A stretch of DNA of 64,000 nt, from assembly GCA_046482545.1 (NCBI GenBank), contig JAWOEX010000032.1, positions 160,001 to 224,000 of the forward strand. Direction: 5' to 3'. The stretch is from Candidatus Thorarchaeota archaeon. Lineage in GTDB: Archaea; Asgardarchaeota; Thorarchaeia; Thorarchaeales; Thorarchaeaceae. Shown here piece by piece: positions 20,715-32,100 of the stretch (its first letter is position 1; each line of letters opens with the position of its first letter). The notes beneath the pieces are model-generated. The model was not told the origin of the DNA. It worked only from the letters and a program-made list of their open reading frames with translations, and made no database searches. A program made the translations under genes and the position numbers.

Positions 20715-21332
20715 CTATTGCTTTCCTGCAATGTATTCGAGGGTGACCATCCTGTAATCTAAGGTTCTCAGCTCAGTAGTTTTTTTCTCCTTGAGTACTA
20801 TTTCCATCCTGTCAAAATACTGGTCAGGTTCATTCTTCTCATAATAGCTATGAATTGTTGGTTCTCCATGTTCAGTAGATTTCCATTCGCCGGGACCAAC
20901 CTGATCGCCCTCACCACATTGTTGATCGTCTACTGAGAGGAAATTTACGTAAAGGTATCCTGGTGTCTTGAGTACCCTTCTCATTTCTCTCATTGCTTTT
21001 GCTGAATCGGTTTTGGTGAGGTGAAAAATCGAGTTATACGAGTATACGAGACCGAAGCTCTCATTATCGAAAGGAATTTCTCTCATATCTCCGATTTGAA
21101 TATCCAAATCAAGTCCGTGCCGTTCGCAGAATTCACTCGCTTTCTTGACCTGTTCATCGGATATATCGATTCCGTGTGTTTCATAGCCCAATCTATCAAA
21201 TAGCGCCAGTGAAGGACGCAGACCTCCAGCGCCGCAGTCCAGTACAGTCCTGTCAATCTCATTGTCTCTTTCTAATCGTTGAAGGAGGTACAGGAATTTG
21301 TATACGTTGGGAGGAAACAGTGCGTTGTACAT
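20715..21332 (-). CDS. Class I SAM-dependent methyltransferase
   Basis: VLDCGAGG, GIDIS, GDMREIPF, EMRRVLK. Confidence 0.9.
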   Translation of the reverse strand: MYNALFPPNVYKFLYLLQRLERDNEIDRTVLDCGAGGLRPSLALFDRLGYETHGIDISDEQVKKASEFCERHGLDLDIQIGDMREIPFDNESFGLVYSYNSIFHLTKTDSAKAMREMRRVLKTPGYLYVNFLSVDDQQCGEGDQVGPGEWKSTEHGEPTIHSYYEKNEPDQYFDRMEIVLKEKKTTELRTLDYRMVTLEYIAGKQ

Positions 21333-21396
21333 ATTGAACGTCGACGTCAGACTCTTCTTTCTAAGTTTTCCCCCTCACACGATTTTCAAATCCAAA

Positions 21397-21418
21397 ATTT
21401 AGAACACATGTTCTAAAT
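21397..21418. promoter_or_regulatory. Palindromic operator in divergent intergenic region
   Basis: ATTTAGAACA-CA-TGTTCTAAAT, perfect 10-bp arms. Confidence 0.6.
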
Positions 21419-21507
21419 CAGATGAACAACACGCGCCTCTAGCCAGGCGCTTCGGTTCTGAACAATAGTGCTAAATAGGGTGTTTCGAGCTGTGGGGCGA
21501 GCTGGCA

Positions 21508-23091
21508 ATGTCAAAACTTCAAATCACGGACACGACCCTCAGAGATGCACATCAATCGCTTCTTGCAACGAGGATGCGGACTGAAGATATGCTGCCGATT
21601 TGCGAGGAGATTGACAAGGTGGGCTACTGGTCCCTAGAAATGTTTGGCGGGGCAACATTCGACAGTATGATGAGGTATCTCGATGAAGATCCATGGGAAC
21701 GAGTTGAGAAGCTCCGAGAAGTCATGCCAAACTCCAAATTCCAGATGCTGTTGAGAGCGTCCAATGTCGTTGGATATCATATATACCCCGACGATGTGCT
21801 GGAAGCCTTCGTTATTGAAGCGGTTGACGTAGGTATTGACATATTTCGTATATTCGATGCGCTCAATGATTTACGAAACATGCGCGCGGCCATGGACTTC
21901 GTGAATCGTGAGGGTGGCCACGTTCAGGCAAGCTTCTGTTATACTTTGAGCCCTTACCACAACAATGACAAGTTCGTGGAGATGGCTAAGGACTTGTACT
22001 CGATGGGAGCGGATTCTATTTGCATCAAGGACATGGCTGGACTGATATCGCCCAAGAACGCCTATGAACTTGTTACCTTGCTGAAAGACGACTTGGACAT
22101 ACCCATTCAGCTTCACTCACATAGCACCAGTGGTATGGCTTCTATGGCTTATCTCAAGGCTGCGGAGGCAGGGGTTGATGTGGTTGATTGTGCGATATCG
22201 CCGTTGTCAATGAGAACATCACAGCCGGCCGTAGAATCCATTGTTGAAGCATTGAAGGGGACACCCCGTGATACTGGACTTGATATCAAGCTGCTTTCCA
22301 AAATTGCTGATTACTTCAGAGAGATTTGGGGAAAATACAAGCAATACGAAGGTAGCCTTAAGGGAGTAAACCCACAGGTGCTTCAGTTTCAAATTCCTGG
22401 TGGTATGCTTTCCAATCTTGATAATCAGCTCAGAGAACAGGGAGCTCTTGACCGATATGATGAAGTCTTAGAGGAAGTGCCTAAGGTGAGAGCTGAACTT
22501 GGGTATCCTCCGCTTGTTACGCCATCAAGTCAAATCGTTGGTACCCAAGCCACACTCAACATCATCACTGGTGAACGATACAAGGTCATCCCTCACGAGG
22601 TAAAGCAGTACATCCGTGGTTATTATGGAAGACCGCCTGCGGAAATCGATTCAGAGATTCAGCAGAAAGCCATTGCCGATGAAGAACCACTTGACTGCCG
22701 TCCCGCGGACAAACTAGAACCTGGTCTTCCTAAGGCCAAAGAAGCCTTGAAAGATATTCCACATGAACCTCGGGATGAAGTTTCGTATTCCCTTTTCCCG
22801 CAGTATGCCCTTGAATTCTTGAAACGAAATGCTCAACGTAAAGCTCGTGGAGATATGTCTCCTGAGCTTGAAGCCGCGCTTATTTCAGCCGTTCTTTACT
22901 CCTCTAGGACTGGACCTGGCACAAACAGCAGGAGAGGTACCGGCGAATCATGGGGAATTGAAGGCAGGGCAGATCTCATGGAATCGAGAGCCTCTGCCTT
23001 GACATCCAGGTCTTGGAGTTCTACGAAATCTCCGTGGAGTGCGTATGGAAGGAAACGCATGATGGAATCAAGGAAACGGAGTGATCTATGA
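21508..23091 (+). CDS. Pyruvate/oxaloacetate carboxyltransferase (PycB/OadA/transcarboxylase 5S-like), no fused biotin domain
   Basis: DTTLRDAHQSLLATR, GGATFD, CIKDMAG, HSHSTSG, IPGGMLSN, PPLVTPSSQIVG. Confidence 0.95.
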   Translation: MSKLQITDTTLRDAHQSLLATRMRTEDMLPICEEIDKVGYWSLEMFGGATFDSMMRYLDEDPWERVEKLREVMPNSKFQMLLRASNVVGYHIYPDDVLEAFVIEAVDVGIDIFRIFDALNDLRNMRAAMDFVNREGGHVQASFCYTLSPYHNNDKFVEMAKDLYSMGADSICIKDMAGLISPKNAYELVTLLKDDLDIPIQLHSHSTSGMASMAYLKAAEAGVDVVDCAISPLSMRTSQPAVESIVEALKGTPRDTGLDIKLLSKIADYFREIWGKYKQYEGSLKGVNPQVLQFQIPGGMLSNLDNQLREQGALDRYDEVLEEVPKVRAELGYPPLVTPSSQIVGTQATLNIITGERYKVIPHEVKQYIRGYYGRPPAEIDSEIQQKAIADEEPLDCRPADKLEPGLPKAKEALKDIPHEPRDEVSYSLFPQYALEFLKRNAQRKARGDMSPELEAALISAVLYSSRTGPGTNSRRGTGESWGIEGRADLMESRASALTSRSWSSTKSPWSAYGRKRMMESRKRSDL

Positions 23092-23618
23092 TGAGCCCAG
23101 ATTACTTGCTGGACATTGATGGGCAGGAACATGAAGTAGACATTGACTGTTTGGACGAGGGTGGCCTTCTGGTCGTGAAAGTGGGCTCACAGAGCTTCAC
23201 TCTCAAAGCAGAAGAGGCTGATGAGGGTGGCTGGTCCGTAAATGATACAACGAACAACTATCATCTGAAAATCATAGAGAAATCGGGGAAAAACGCAGTT
23301 GTGGAATTAAATGGTCACGAGTACGATGTAGAGTGGTCCCGAAAGCGAGAGGAACACACATCATCCGCTGCTCGAGCCGAATCGGAGAAATCCACTGAGG
23401 CGGTAGCAGGTGGTGTGTATCCACCCATGCCCGGAACTATAACGGAGGTTCATGTCGACGTTGGAGACGACGTGGAGAAGGGACAAACCGTATGTATTCT
23501 GGAAGCTATGAAAATGTTCAATGAAATGAAGTCTCCTGCAGATGGAACTATTAAGGAACTACATGTGAAAGAGGGCTCCAAGGTCACACCAAACGATTTG
23601 CTTGCTGTCATCGAATAG
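23088..23618 (+). CDS. Biotin carboxyl carrier protein
   Basis: PPMPG and EAMKM biotinylation motif. Confidence 0.95.
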   Translation: MMSPDYLLDIDGQEHEVDIDCLDEGGLLVVKVGSQSFTLKAEEADEGGWSVNDTTNNYHLKIIEKSGKNAVVELNGHEYDVEWSRKREEHTSSAARAESEKSTEAVAGGVYPPMPGTITEVHVDVGDDVEKGQTVCILEAMKMFNEMKSPADGTIKELHVKEGSKVTPNDLLAVIE

Positions 23619-23621
23619 AAG

Positions 23622-24797
23622 GTGGCTATACTGCCGAAAGCGTTTGTAACTGGGGCAGGAATGACGCGATTCGGTGTTCTTGAAGATTCAATCACAGAGC
23701 TGGCTGTGAATGCCGCTACTCGAGCGGTTGAGGATTCTGGCTCTATTGGCAAAGATATAGACTACTTGATTATTGGTTCTCAAAATCCTGCTGAATTTAC
23801 GGGAATTGACCACCTATCAACGCTCTTAGCTGATTGTCTAGGTATTGTGCCAGCAGCGGCTACCCGTGTCGAGACAGGACCTTCTTCTGGGGCGAGCGCT
23901 TTCGAAGAGGCATTTGCTCTGGTCAAGGCTGGACTTGCTGATTTGGTGCTTGTCATTGGTGTTGAAAAGATGTCCAAGGTGAATCGGAGTATCGCTTCCC
24001 GTATTCTGGCAAAAATGATGTCCTATGAAAATGAGACTCGATACGGTGCGACACCTGCTGCGTTGGCTGCTATGATGGCACGTCGGTATATGCACGACTA
24101 TGGCGTAACCCGGGAACAGCTGTCCTTGGTTCCGGCCAAGGCCCACCGAAATGGGCACAAGAACCACCTTGCACATTTTCAGAAGGAGATTACAGTTCAA
24201 GAGGTCACCCATTCCAGAAAGGTAGCCGACCCCCTAACACTGTTCGATTGCTGTCCCACTTCCGACGGAGCTGCAGCAGCAGTTGTTGTATCCGAGGAGA
24301 AGGCCCGCGAGTTGAGACTGCTCAAGAGTGCAGCAGAGGTCATAGGGGTAGGTCACGCAACAGACTACCTAGCCGTTCAACATCGCCAGTCGCTTACATC
24401 CATGAGCGCTACGATAGAGGCGGCTGCTCGTGCCTACGACATGGCAAAGATTGAGCCCCATGATGTTGATGTCTGCGAGGTTCATGATGCCTTTTCAGTA
24501 TTCGAGTTAATCAATATGGAAGATCTTGGATTGGCAAATCGGGGAGCTGCAATCCACATGGTGGCAGACGGCACTACTGAGGTGGATGGCAGTCTGCCGG
24601 TGAATCCTACCGGTGGTTTGAAGGCACGCGGCCATCCCACAGGAGCCACAGGCTTAGCACAAATACGAGATGCATTCAATCAGTTGATGATGAAGGCTCC
24701 CGAACAGTTGCAGACTGGCAGCCCCGAAGTGGCCTTGTGTCACAATATCGGCGGATTTGGCAACAATATCGTAGTGACAATCCTAGAACGGCGATAA
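23622..24797 (+). CDS. Thiolase-family protein (SCP2/archaeal type)
   Basis: GVEKMS, SDGAAA, EVHDAF, NPTGGLKARGHPTGATG, HNIGG. Confidence 0.92.
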   Translation: MAILPKAFVTGAGMTRFGVLEDSITELAVNAATRAVEDSGSIGKDIDYLIIGSQNPAEFTGIDHLSTLLADCLGIVPAAATRVETGPSSGASAFEEAFALVKAGLADLVLVIGVEKMSKVNRSIASRILAKMMSYENETRYGATPAALAAMMARRYMHDYGVTREQLSLVPAKAHRNGHKNHLAHFQKEITVQEVTHSRKVADPLTLFDCCPTSDGAAAAVVVSEEKARELRLLKSAAEVIGVGHATDYLAVQHRQSLTSMSATIEAAARAYDMAKIEPHDVDVCEVHDAFSVFELINMEDLGLANRGAAIHMVADGTTEVDGSLPVNPTGGLKARGHPTGATGLAQIRDAFNQLMMKAPEQLQTGSPEVALCHNIGGFGNNIVVTILERR

Positions 24798-24987
24798 ATT
24801 CTCGAAAAAGGCCTATTTCACCTGTAGAGTGCTTGGGATTTTCAGCATGCTATTCATCCACATATTTCTTATTAATCTCTTATAACTCTTGATTGTTATA
24901 GAGTGAGCCTACATGATGTTGTGTCATATCCGTCATCATGATGGAGCTATTGGATAGTACTGGTCCTTAATAAGGACAGGCGGTTTA

Positions 24988-26199
24988 GTGACTACCGATA
25001 GGGAGAACGGCTCTAAAACTGGAGCGAAGAGGAAAATGCCGAAAGGATTAGCGGTACTACGTTGGGATGATGAACTAGGCCCCGTTGTTACTGCCAAAAC
25101 ACCCAAGAAACTACAGCTTGGATTGGATCCAACAACAAGCATGCGGGTGTATGGAATTGCAACATTGGGCGAGACTGAGGAATCACAGAAACCTGGATTC
25201 AGTACCCTGAATTTCGATGAATTCAGAATGGCTGTTTATTATGGCGGTCTGAATATGCATCTAAAAGGTCTTCCTTCCATGGTATTTCTCGTATTGGAGC
25301 CCAGCGAAAATCCAGAGATCTACAAGAATGCTCTTCCTGAAATAGCGACTCAGATTTTCTTGAGCACTGAAGATGACGCCTATGTAGATATGCTTCCTAA
25401 GATGTATAGTCAACTAGCTCGATATACGAAGATGACGTTTGAGCAAAGACAAGCTTCCATTCTCAGCGATGATGTCCGTAGAGAGATACTCCGAACACTC
25501 ATGAGAGACGGAACCATGGAATCTTCGGACCTTGAACAGATAATCCTTGATGAAGTTGGAAAGAGGATTGATGTGGATATGGTTCTTCGCCCCTTGGTGA
25601 AGATGGGGATTATAGCGACTGGTTGGGTTGAAGGATTATCAACTGAAGTCATCTATCTGACGAGGGCAACTCTGCTATTGAGAAGAATCTCACGAAACAC
25701 TATAGCTGCTGTCAAGTCTGGTGCGCTCCCCCAGGATGTTGCAGATAGCTACCTTGAAGCCAGCAGGCGTTACCATCGCGATTATGTTGCCCGTCTACGC
25801 AAGGATTTGACTAAAACGATATGGACCGATGCGGAACAACTGGCTAACTTCATTCTTGATTTTGATGCTCATGACGTGATAGAGATTCTGCGCGAAGGCC
25901 CTCAGCAATTCGAGCACTTGCCTAGCCTGCTTGACATGACAAAATCGCAACTCAAAAAACAGGTGAAGCGTCTCGAACGAGCAAATATCGTATCCACTGT
26001 GAATGACGAGGAGGGTCGGGAACACGTGCTACTGAAAAGCAATCCCGAGGTAGCCACGGTTTATCCGGAATGGCTGATTCAACGTACTGTTGACCAGTAC
26101 AATGAGGAAATCATTCCTAGCAGACAAGCAATACACTATCTTGAGATACTGAAGAAATCACATCCAAGTCAAGCAGCAGCTACAGCGGAGGTTGAGTAG
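24988..26199 (+). CDS. Longin/uDENN-like N-terminal domain plus winged-helix domains
   Basis: GLAVLRWDDELGP start resembles Asgard longin/uDENN-like domains; two wHTH-like segments (LRPLVKMGII; VKRLERANIV); start may be ATG 25036. Confidence 0.6.
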   Translation: MTTDRENGSKTGAKRKMPKGLAVLRWDDELGPVVTAKTPKKLQLGLDPTTSMRVYGIATLGETEESQKPGFSTLNFDEFRMAVYYGGLNMHLKGLPSMVFLVLEPSENPEIYKNALPEIATQIFLSTEDDAYVDMLPKMYSQLARYTKMTFEQRQASILSDDVRREILRTLMRDGTMESSDLEQIILDEVGKRIDVDMVLRPLVKMGIIATGWVEGLSTEVIYLTRATLLLRRISRNTIAAVKSGALPQDVADSYLEASRRYHRDYVARLRKDLTKTIWTDAEQLANFILDFDAHDVIEILREGPQQFEHLPSLLDMTKSQLKKQVKRLERANIVSTVNDEEGREHVLLKSNPEVATVYPEWLIQRTVDQYNEEIIPSRQAIHYLEILKKSHPSQAAATAEVE

Positions 26200-29100
26200 A
26201 ATGAGTAGAAAAACAATTCAAATCGCGTTACTGGTATGCTTAGTAGCAACTTTGTTCCTAGTATCCAATGCTGTCACCCCCACTTATGATGCTTCGATGG
26301 CAGGGAAGACTCCAAGTGGCGAGTCTCTGCGAATCGTTGAGAGTCCTACCCAGATTGCTGGTGAACAGGACGAAGCCAGCTGGTGGAACTCCACATTCCT
26401 TTATCGGAGATATTACAATATCACGGAACCGGGAATCAGTGGTAGGGAATTTTCCCCGGTGCATCTGTACCTGACATTTGAAGATGACCACTGCTATGAT
26501 GGGTCTATCCGTGTAGGTTATTACGAGAGCGGTTCTTGGGAGATGATGCCACTTCAGGTTTGGAATATTACCTATCATCAAGGAACAGATTTCATTCAAT
26601 CTGCAAGTGTCTCTTTCAGAGTTAACGTGACCCAAGGAGCCACTCAGAAAAACTACTATATCTATTATGCAGATGACGATGTAGGTGCTGTTAGCTACCC
26701 TGATTTCTATCCTTTCACTTACACCACTTACACTTACTCTTTGATTAATCTTGTATCCTATTACGATAGCAACAATTACACAGTTGATATGTGGGATGAT
26801 ACAGCAGAAACCTGGGCTAATCCAACAGATGTGGATGCGTACTGGGAAGACAACAAGATAACACCAAATAATGTATCCCATGGAATGCTTGAGAAGTATG
26901 GCCGAGTTCGTTATGAACCAACCGCTGATACTGATACTTACTTCTGGGGGTTTTATAGGATACAGTCCAACTACCCGCTAGCAGTCTCGGTAGGACGAGG
27001 GGATGTAGGAATAGGTAATTCTGCCATGAACGATTGGTTTTCGGGTATGGATGAGCTCGGCCAAGGCCTAGGGACTCATTTCGTAATAGGTGGAGTAGAA
27101 GGGTTTCCTAATGATGACGAGGGAAGATACTGGGTGCAAGCTCATCATAATGATACAGAAGTCAGTATACTGACGAGCTCAGGAAGTGCTGATTCGGGTT
27201 GGTATTTCCATGATAACAGTGAGGTTACTTCTTGGCCAGCAGTGCTAGACGAAGGTGAGTATATTGCGAAGGGGAACGTTCACTACAGTACAGACATGGT
27301 TGTCAATTCATCAACCCCTGTATCCGTACGGTGTGGAGACCATGATGCTACTTATGGACCTCGAGATATAATGGGTTTCTATCCGTCAGTGGACAATCGT
27401 TTGGCTGGGGAGGAGTTCTACACTATAGATATGGGTGACTCCTCTTATGGAACGAAAGTGGTAAACGTGGGCGATGCTTCGTCTACCATTGATGTCTGGC
27501 GGAGAGCTGGTTCATCTAGCTGGACTCAAATAAAGAATGAGTATGTGTTGAATCCGAACGCCAGTTTCGAGATAGGCCCTGGTTCTTCAAGTTCTACTGA
27601 CCCTGAAGACATATTGCATATCAAAGCCAGCAGCGGGAGCAATCTGACTGTTAGGGGTATGTACAAACCTGATGATTTGAGCGATCATGGGGACTGGTGT
27701 CCAACTGTCGGAGGATACAGGTTCGGTACACATTTCAAATTAGAAGGCCTTCAACGGATGAAGTTCTTCATCCAAGCCACAGAAGCTGCTGAAGTAAACA
27801 TAACCGGGTATAATGACGCCAGTTATGAAATTCCTGCTGGGGGGGTCGCTTTCTTCATGCCTCAGTCGTCCTCATACACATTATACCACATTGAATCCAA
27901 TGCTACTATCAGCATAGCCAAGGCTGCTCGTTTCGATACTACATCACCGTATAAACCGTACATGGACCAAGGCTATGGCTGGGCTGTTCCGTGTTATGCC
28001 CCCGAAGGTGATGAAAACGGTCTACAAATCGAATACGGCGAAGAAATCAAGCTGTTTGAGTTTGATATCACAATCAAAGACCTTGATGGATTGCCAATTG
28101 AAGGTGTAACAGTCACTCTTCACAATAGCACGACTGGTGATGTCTGGACCGATGATAATGGTCTAAACCGCACAGGAACAACTGATTCCAATGGCCTTGT
28201 TGTGTTTGAAGGCCTCAACAATGCCACGTACGAAGTCCTTTCAGAAATCGATGCTGCAAGTTGGCTCACGACATCCTACGACCATGTCTGGATCCGCAAT
28301 ACTTCCGACCATTCGATTACTTCCACGGTTACCAGAGTAAACATCACTCTAGACGTGGCCTCGTTTGATATTTACCTTCATGACCTCATGGATGACCCGA
28401 TGAGTGACAACCCCGATGAGGACACAAATCTACGCCTTAACAATGGATCCTCCAATCCCGATGACTACATTGACCAAGGCCAGACCAATTCAACAGGCTG
28501 GGTAAACTTCTACAGAATACCACAGCATGATTACACAGTCTATGCTCGTTACGCGGGATCTCTAGGCTGGTCCTACACGTATACTGATTTGGAAAAATTC
28601 GCTAGCTGGTCAATAACTGCAGATGAATTCAATGGTGGAGGTTTTACTCATGAGTGGACCTTGCCACTGACGACATTGCATCTCGATGTAATCAGCTGGG
28701 ATGACCAAGCAGTTGACAATGCGAAGATTGTAATCGACAATCAGGATGAACCTGGCTACTCCATAACGAAATGGACCCATTCTACTGGTCAATATACCTT
28801 CACGCGTATTGTGAATGGGACTTGGAGTATCGAGGTTAGCAAAGACGATAATTACGATGACACTCCGACTGCCCTTAACGACACGGAATCAGCTACTGAC
28901 CTACAAGGCTACATAGCAAAGACAATTGAACTACCAATAAGTAGAATGAACATTAAGGTTACAACAACCGACGGCTGGACACATCCTGTTGTAAATGCAG
29001 ATGTTAATGTAACACTAGTAAATGGCACGCCTAGCCTTAATCCAATTGCTAGAGGAAAAACCAATGATACTGGTTGGGTTGTGTTCTACTATATTCATGG

Positions 29101-32100
29101 GAACATCAGTACGCCATATCCCAATCCTGTATCTTACAACCTTTCGGTAGTTTCGGGGGAACAATCAGAAACTCTTGAAGGAGCCCAGTGTGACTACAAT
29201 TGGACAGCATATAACTGGGTTCAGATAGATACTCCAACTTACTCCAATGAGTATTCTGAGCTTAATGCTACTCACTATATTGTGAACATTCAATGGGGAC
29301 AGAATTTCACTGATCTAGTTGTCGGTTGGTATGACAAGGATGGCGAAGGCACAACAAGCGAAATCGCCGATCCTACGTGGCTTAACATAACCATCAAGTA
29401 TGAGGGAATAACCTTCTTTGAAGATACCTGGAATGGCTCAGGCACTTGGATTACACGTGCTGGTTCAATCAACTACTCTGTAGTTGTTAATGCCTCAGCG
29501 TGGGGTCTCGATGTTATCGAAGGTCAGTATGAGATGATTGTAACAGCACATTCGGATGCTGGAGATCAAGACGATCCTGCTCCTATGACTATCTATGTAG
29601 ATGTTGCGGCTGCTTCAACCAGTGGAGAATCTGGAAGCGGAACGCTCATCACCGGTAATTATACCGATCATAATTCTCACATGTTCTGGCTCCATGATGA
29701 TACAAACGGCAAGAATGTGTCAGGACTAGATACGTTTAGCTGGAAAGTGAAATCTGGATCGCAAGAAGTATTGACTGGAGACTTGAGCAGTAATGGTGAT
29801 GGAACCTACAGTATTCTAGCCTCAAATCTGAATCAACTGGGTTCTGGATACTACAGCCTAACCGTCACATTAGAAAAACGGAACTACGTCAATCACACGC
29901 TTCTGATTGATTTAGAAGTCTATGACTTGCCTATGTGGGTTTCAGTCGATAGCTACCCTGATTACTCATGGGGTCCATTCTCACATAACATCAGTTTCTA
30001 CTACCGCGTACTATCTGACAATAGTACTCCCGATCTTAGTGACATTTCAGTCAACATCGAATGGATTGACAGTACAACTGGTGACTCATATCTCAACGTC
30101 TCAAAGATTCTCGATACCGAATCTTCAGGAGCAATAAATTACACATTCACTGGCGATTTAGTTCCCGTAGGTAGTTGGGATGTTGTAATTACGTGCCAGA
30201 AGGCGAATTATACCCTTGCGACTTCTTCACCGGCGTCATTTGAAGTATCAGCCGCACCTTCTACGGCGAGTGCAGTCGATTCTGGTCCTATTCTTGCTGA
30301 CTGGGCAAGTGAGGCAGTGTTTCAAGTTGACTACATCAGAACTGCAGACGCTCAGGGTCTTGAAGGTGCAGATATATCCCACAATTGGAATGGCACTTTT
30401 GATGTGGATTATGATGAGAATGGCCGTTATATCTTGACAGTTGGTACCACTGAAGAGTCGGGTAGTTACACAATAGATCTGACTGTATCACGTGCGAATC
30501 ATATGGCGGATTCCGTATCACTAAGTTTGGAAATTCGTGTTCCCTTGACTATCAAGACTGAATACGGATCAACAGAATCCCCACTTGAGGTCTACTGGAC
30601 TCGAACTTTCGATACTGAGATTCGTGTACTAGACAATTCGCGATTCAATACGACGATAACTGACGCTACAGCTTCCTATCATTGGGAATATGGATTCATC
30701 GTAGATCAGACTGGGGACCTCCCACATGTTAGTGGAGGTACATACAGGACGACATTGGATGCACAAGATGCTCTACCAATAGATGATTTGTACACAATCG
30801 AGATTACAGCCGAAAGACCTGGCTCCATGAATACGTCTCGGACCATATACTTGCGAATACTGGAGGTCCCGAACGAGATAGTCCTGAAACAAGATTATTT
30901 TGATAGGTACTACGGAGATACATTGAACATATCATTCTATTGGAACAATACACTCGATAATATTCCAATCTCCAGCCCAAATTCAGCTTGGATAGAGATT
31001 TGGGGTAGGAGTACTAACATAACAACTGGCGTGAATTATGGTAACGGCACTTACAGCTTTGAAGTGGACACTAAATTGCTGGAGATGTACCCCGAATCTG
31101 GTTTCAAGTTGTATACCTTCAAGATAGAAATGAGTGCTGCTGGATACGCAGAATACGAACCTCCCTCCTTGGCTGTCTTGGTGCAGGAAACACCTACAAG
31201 AATGGACGTTGGAGACCTTCCTGCAGTAGAGTGGGGCGAGCCTCTGACAATAAGAGCGAATCTCACCGATACAATTCATGGCGCATTTGTTTGGGAAGAC
31301 GCTGTAGTTGAGCTAGTCTATGGTGACAGGCGGAAAACAATGGAACCCTACCACAATGGGACGTTCTATGTAACCATTGAGACGGAGAATTACTTCTCGG
31401 CACGCGACCAACCATACGATTTGTCAATAGAATACACTCTACCAAACTACGTAGATGGCCATGTTGAATTACAGATTACGGTAAATCCAAAAACAGCGGA
31501 TATTAAAATGGGCACAGTCGAGCTGAGAAATAACACATTCGAGGGTACTTGGTCTGATGAGGTTGGAATTGCTTTTACTGTTCCTGATATAGAGGAGCAA
31601 GCAAATGCAACATACTATTGGCTTGGATTCGAGGAAGTAAATGGTCTTTTCAACTATGATTCCTACTACTCCGAGTACACCGGTACAATAGATACAAGCA
31701 AGGTGCCAGCAGGCGTGCGAACGCTTAGGATTGCTGTGTTCAAGGACAACTACACAATCTCCCCCTTCGACATCGTGATGACACTTAATCCGTTAGAGGC
31801 GGAGATCTCGACAGCTACTACCAGCCTTTTGAAGATCCACACCGTTGAGACAACGGCTGAGCTATCCTTTACACTAACTTACGATGAGAAGATACTGGAT
31901 GCTGCAACAATTCAGTTTGATTGGGGCGGTATACAGAGAACGGCTTCCTTTGTTGAAGGTGAATATGTGTTTGAGTTCAACCCGTCTGTTGAAGACATCG
32001 AGGTACCAAAGACGTACCTCCTGAACTTCACGACTCAGATTCAGAACTACTCTGTTGATACAGTTTCAGTGCCTCTGACGATGCTGGCCCCAACTGAATT

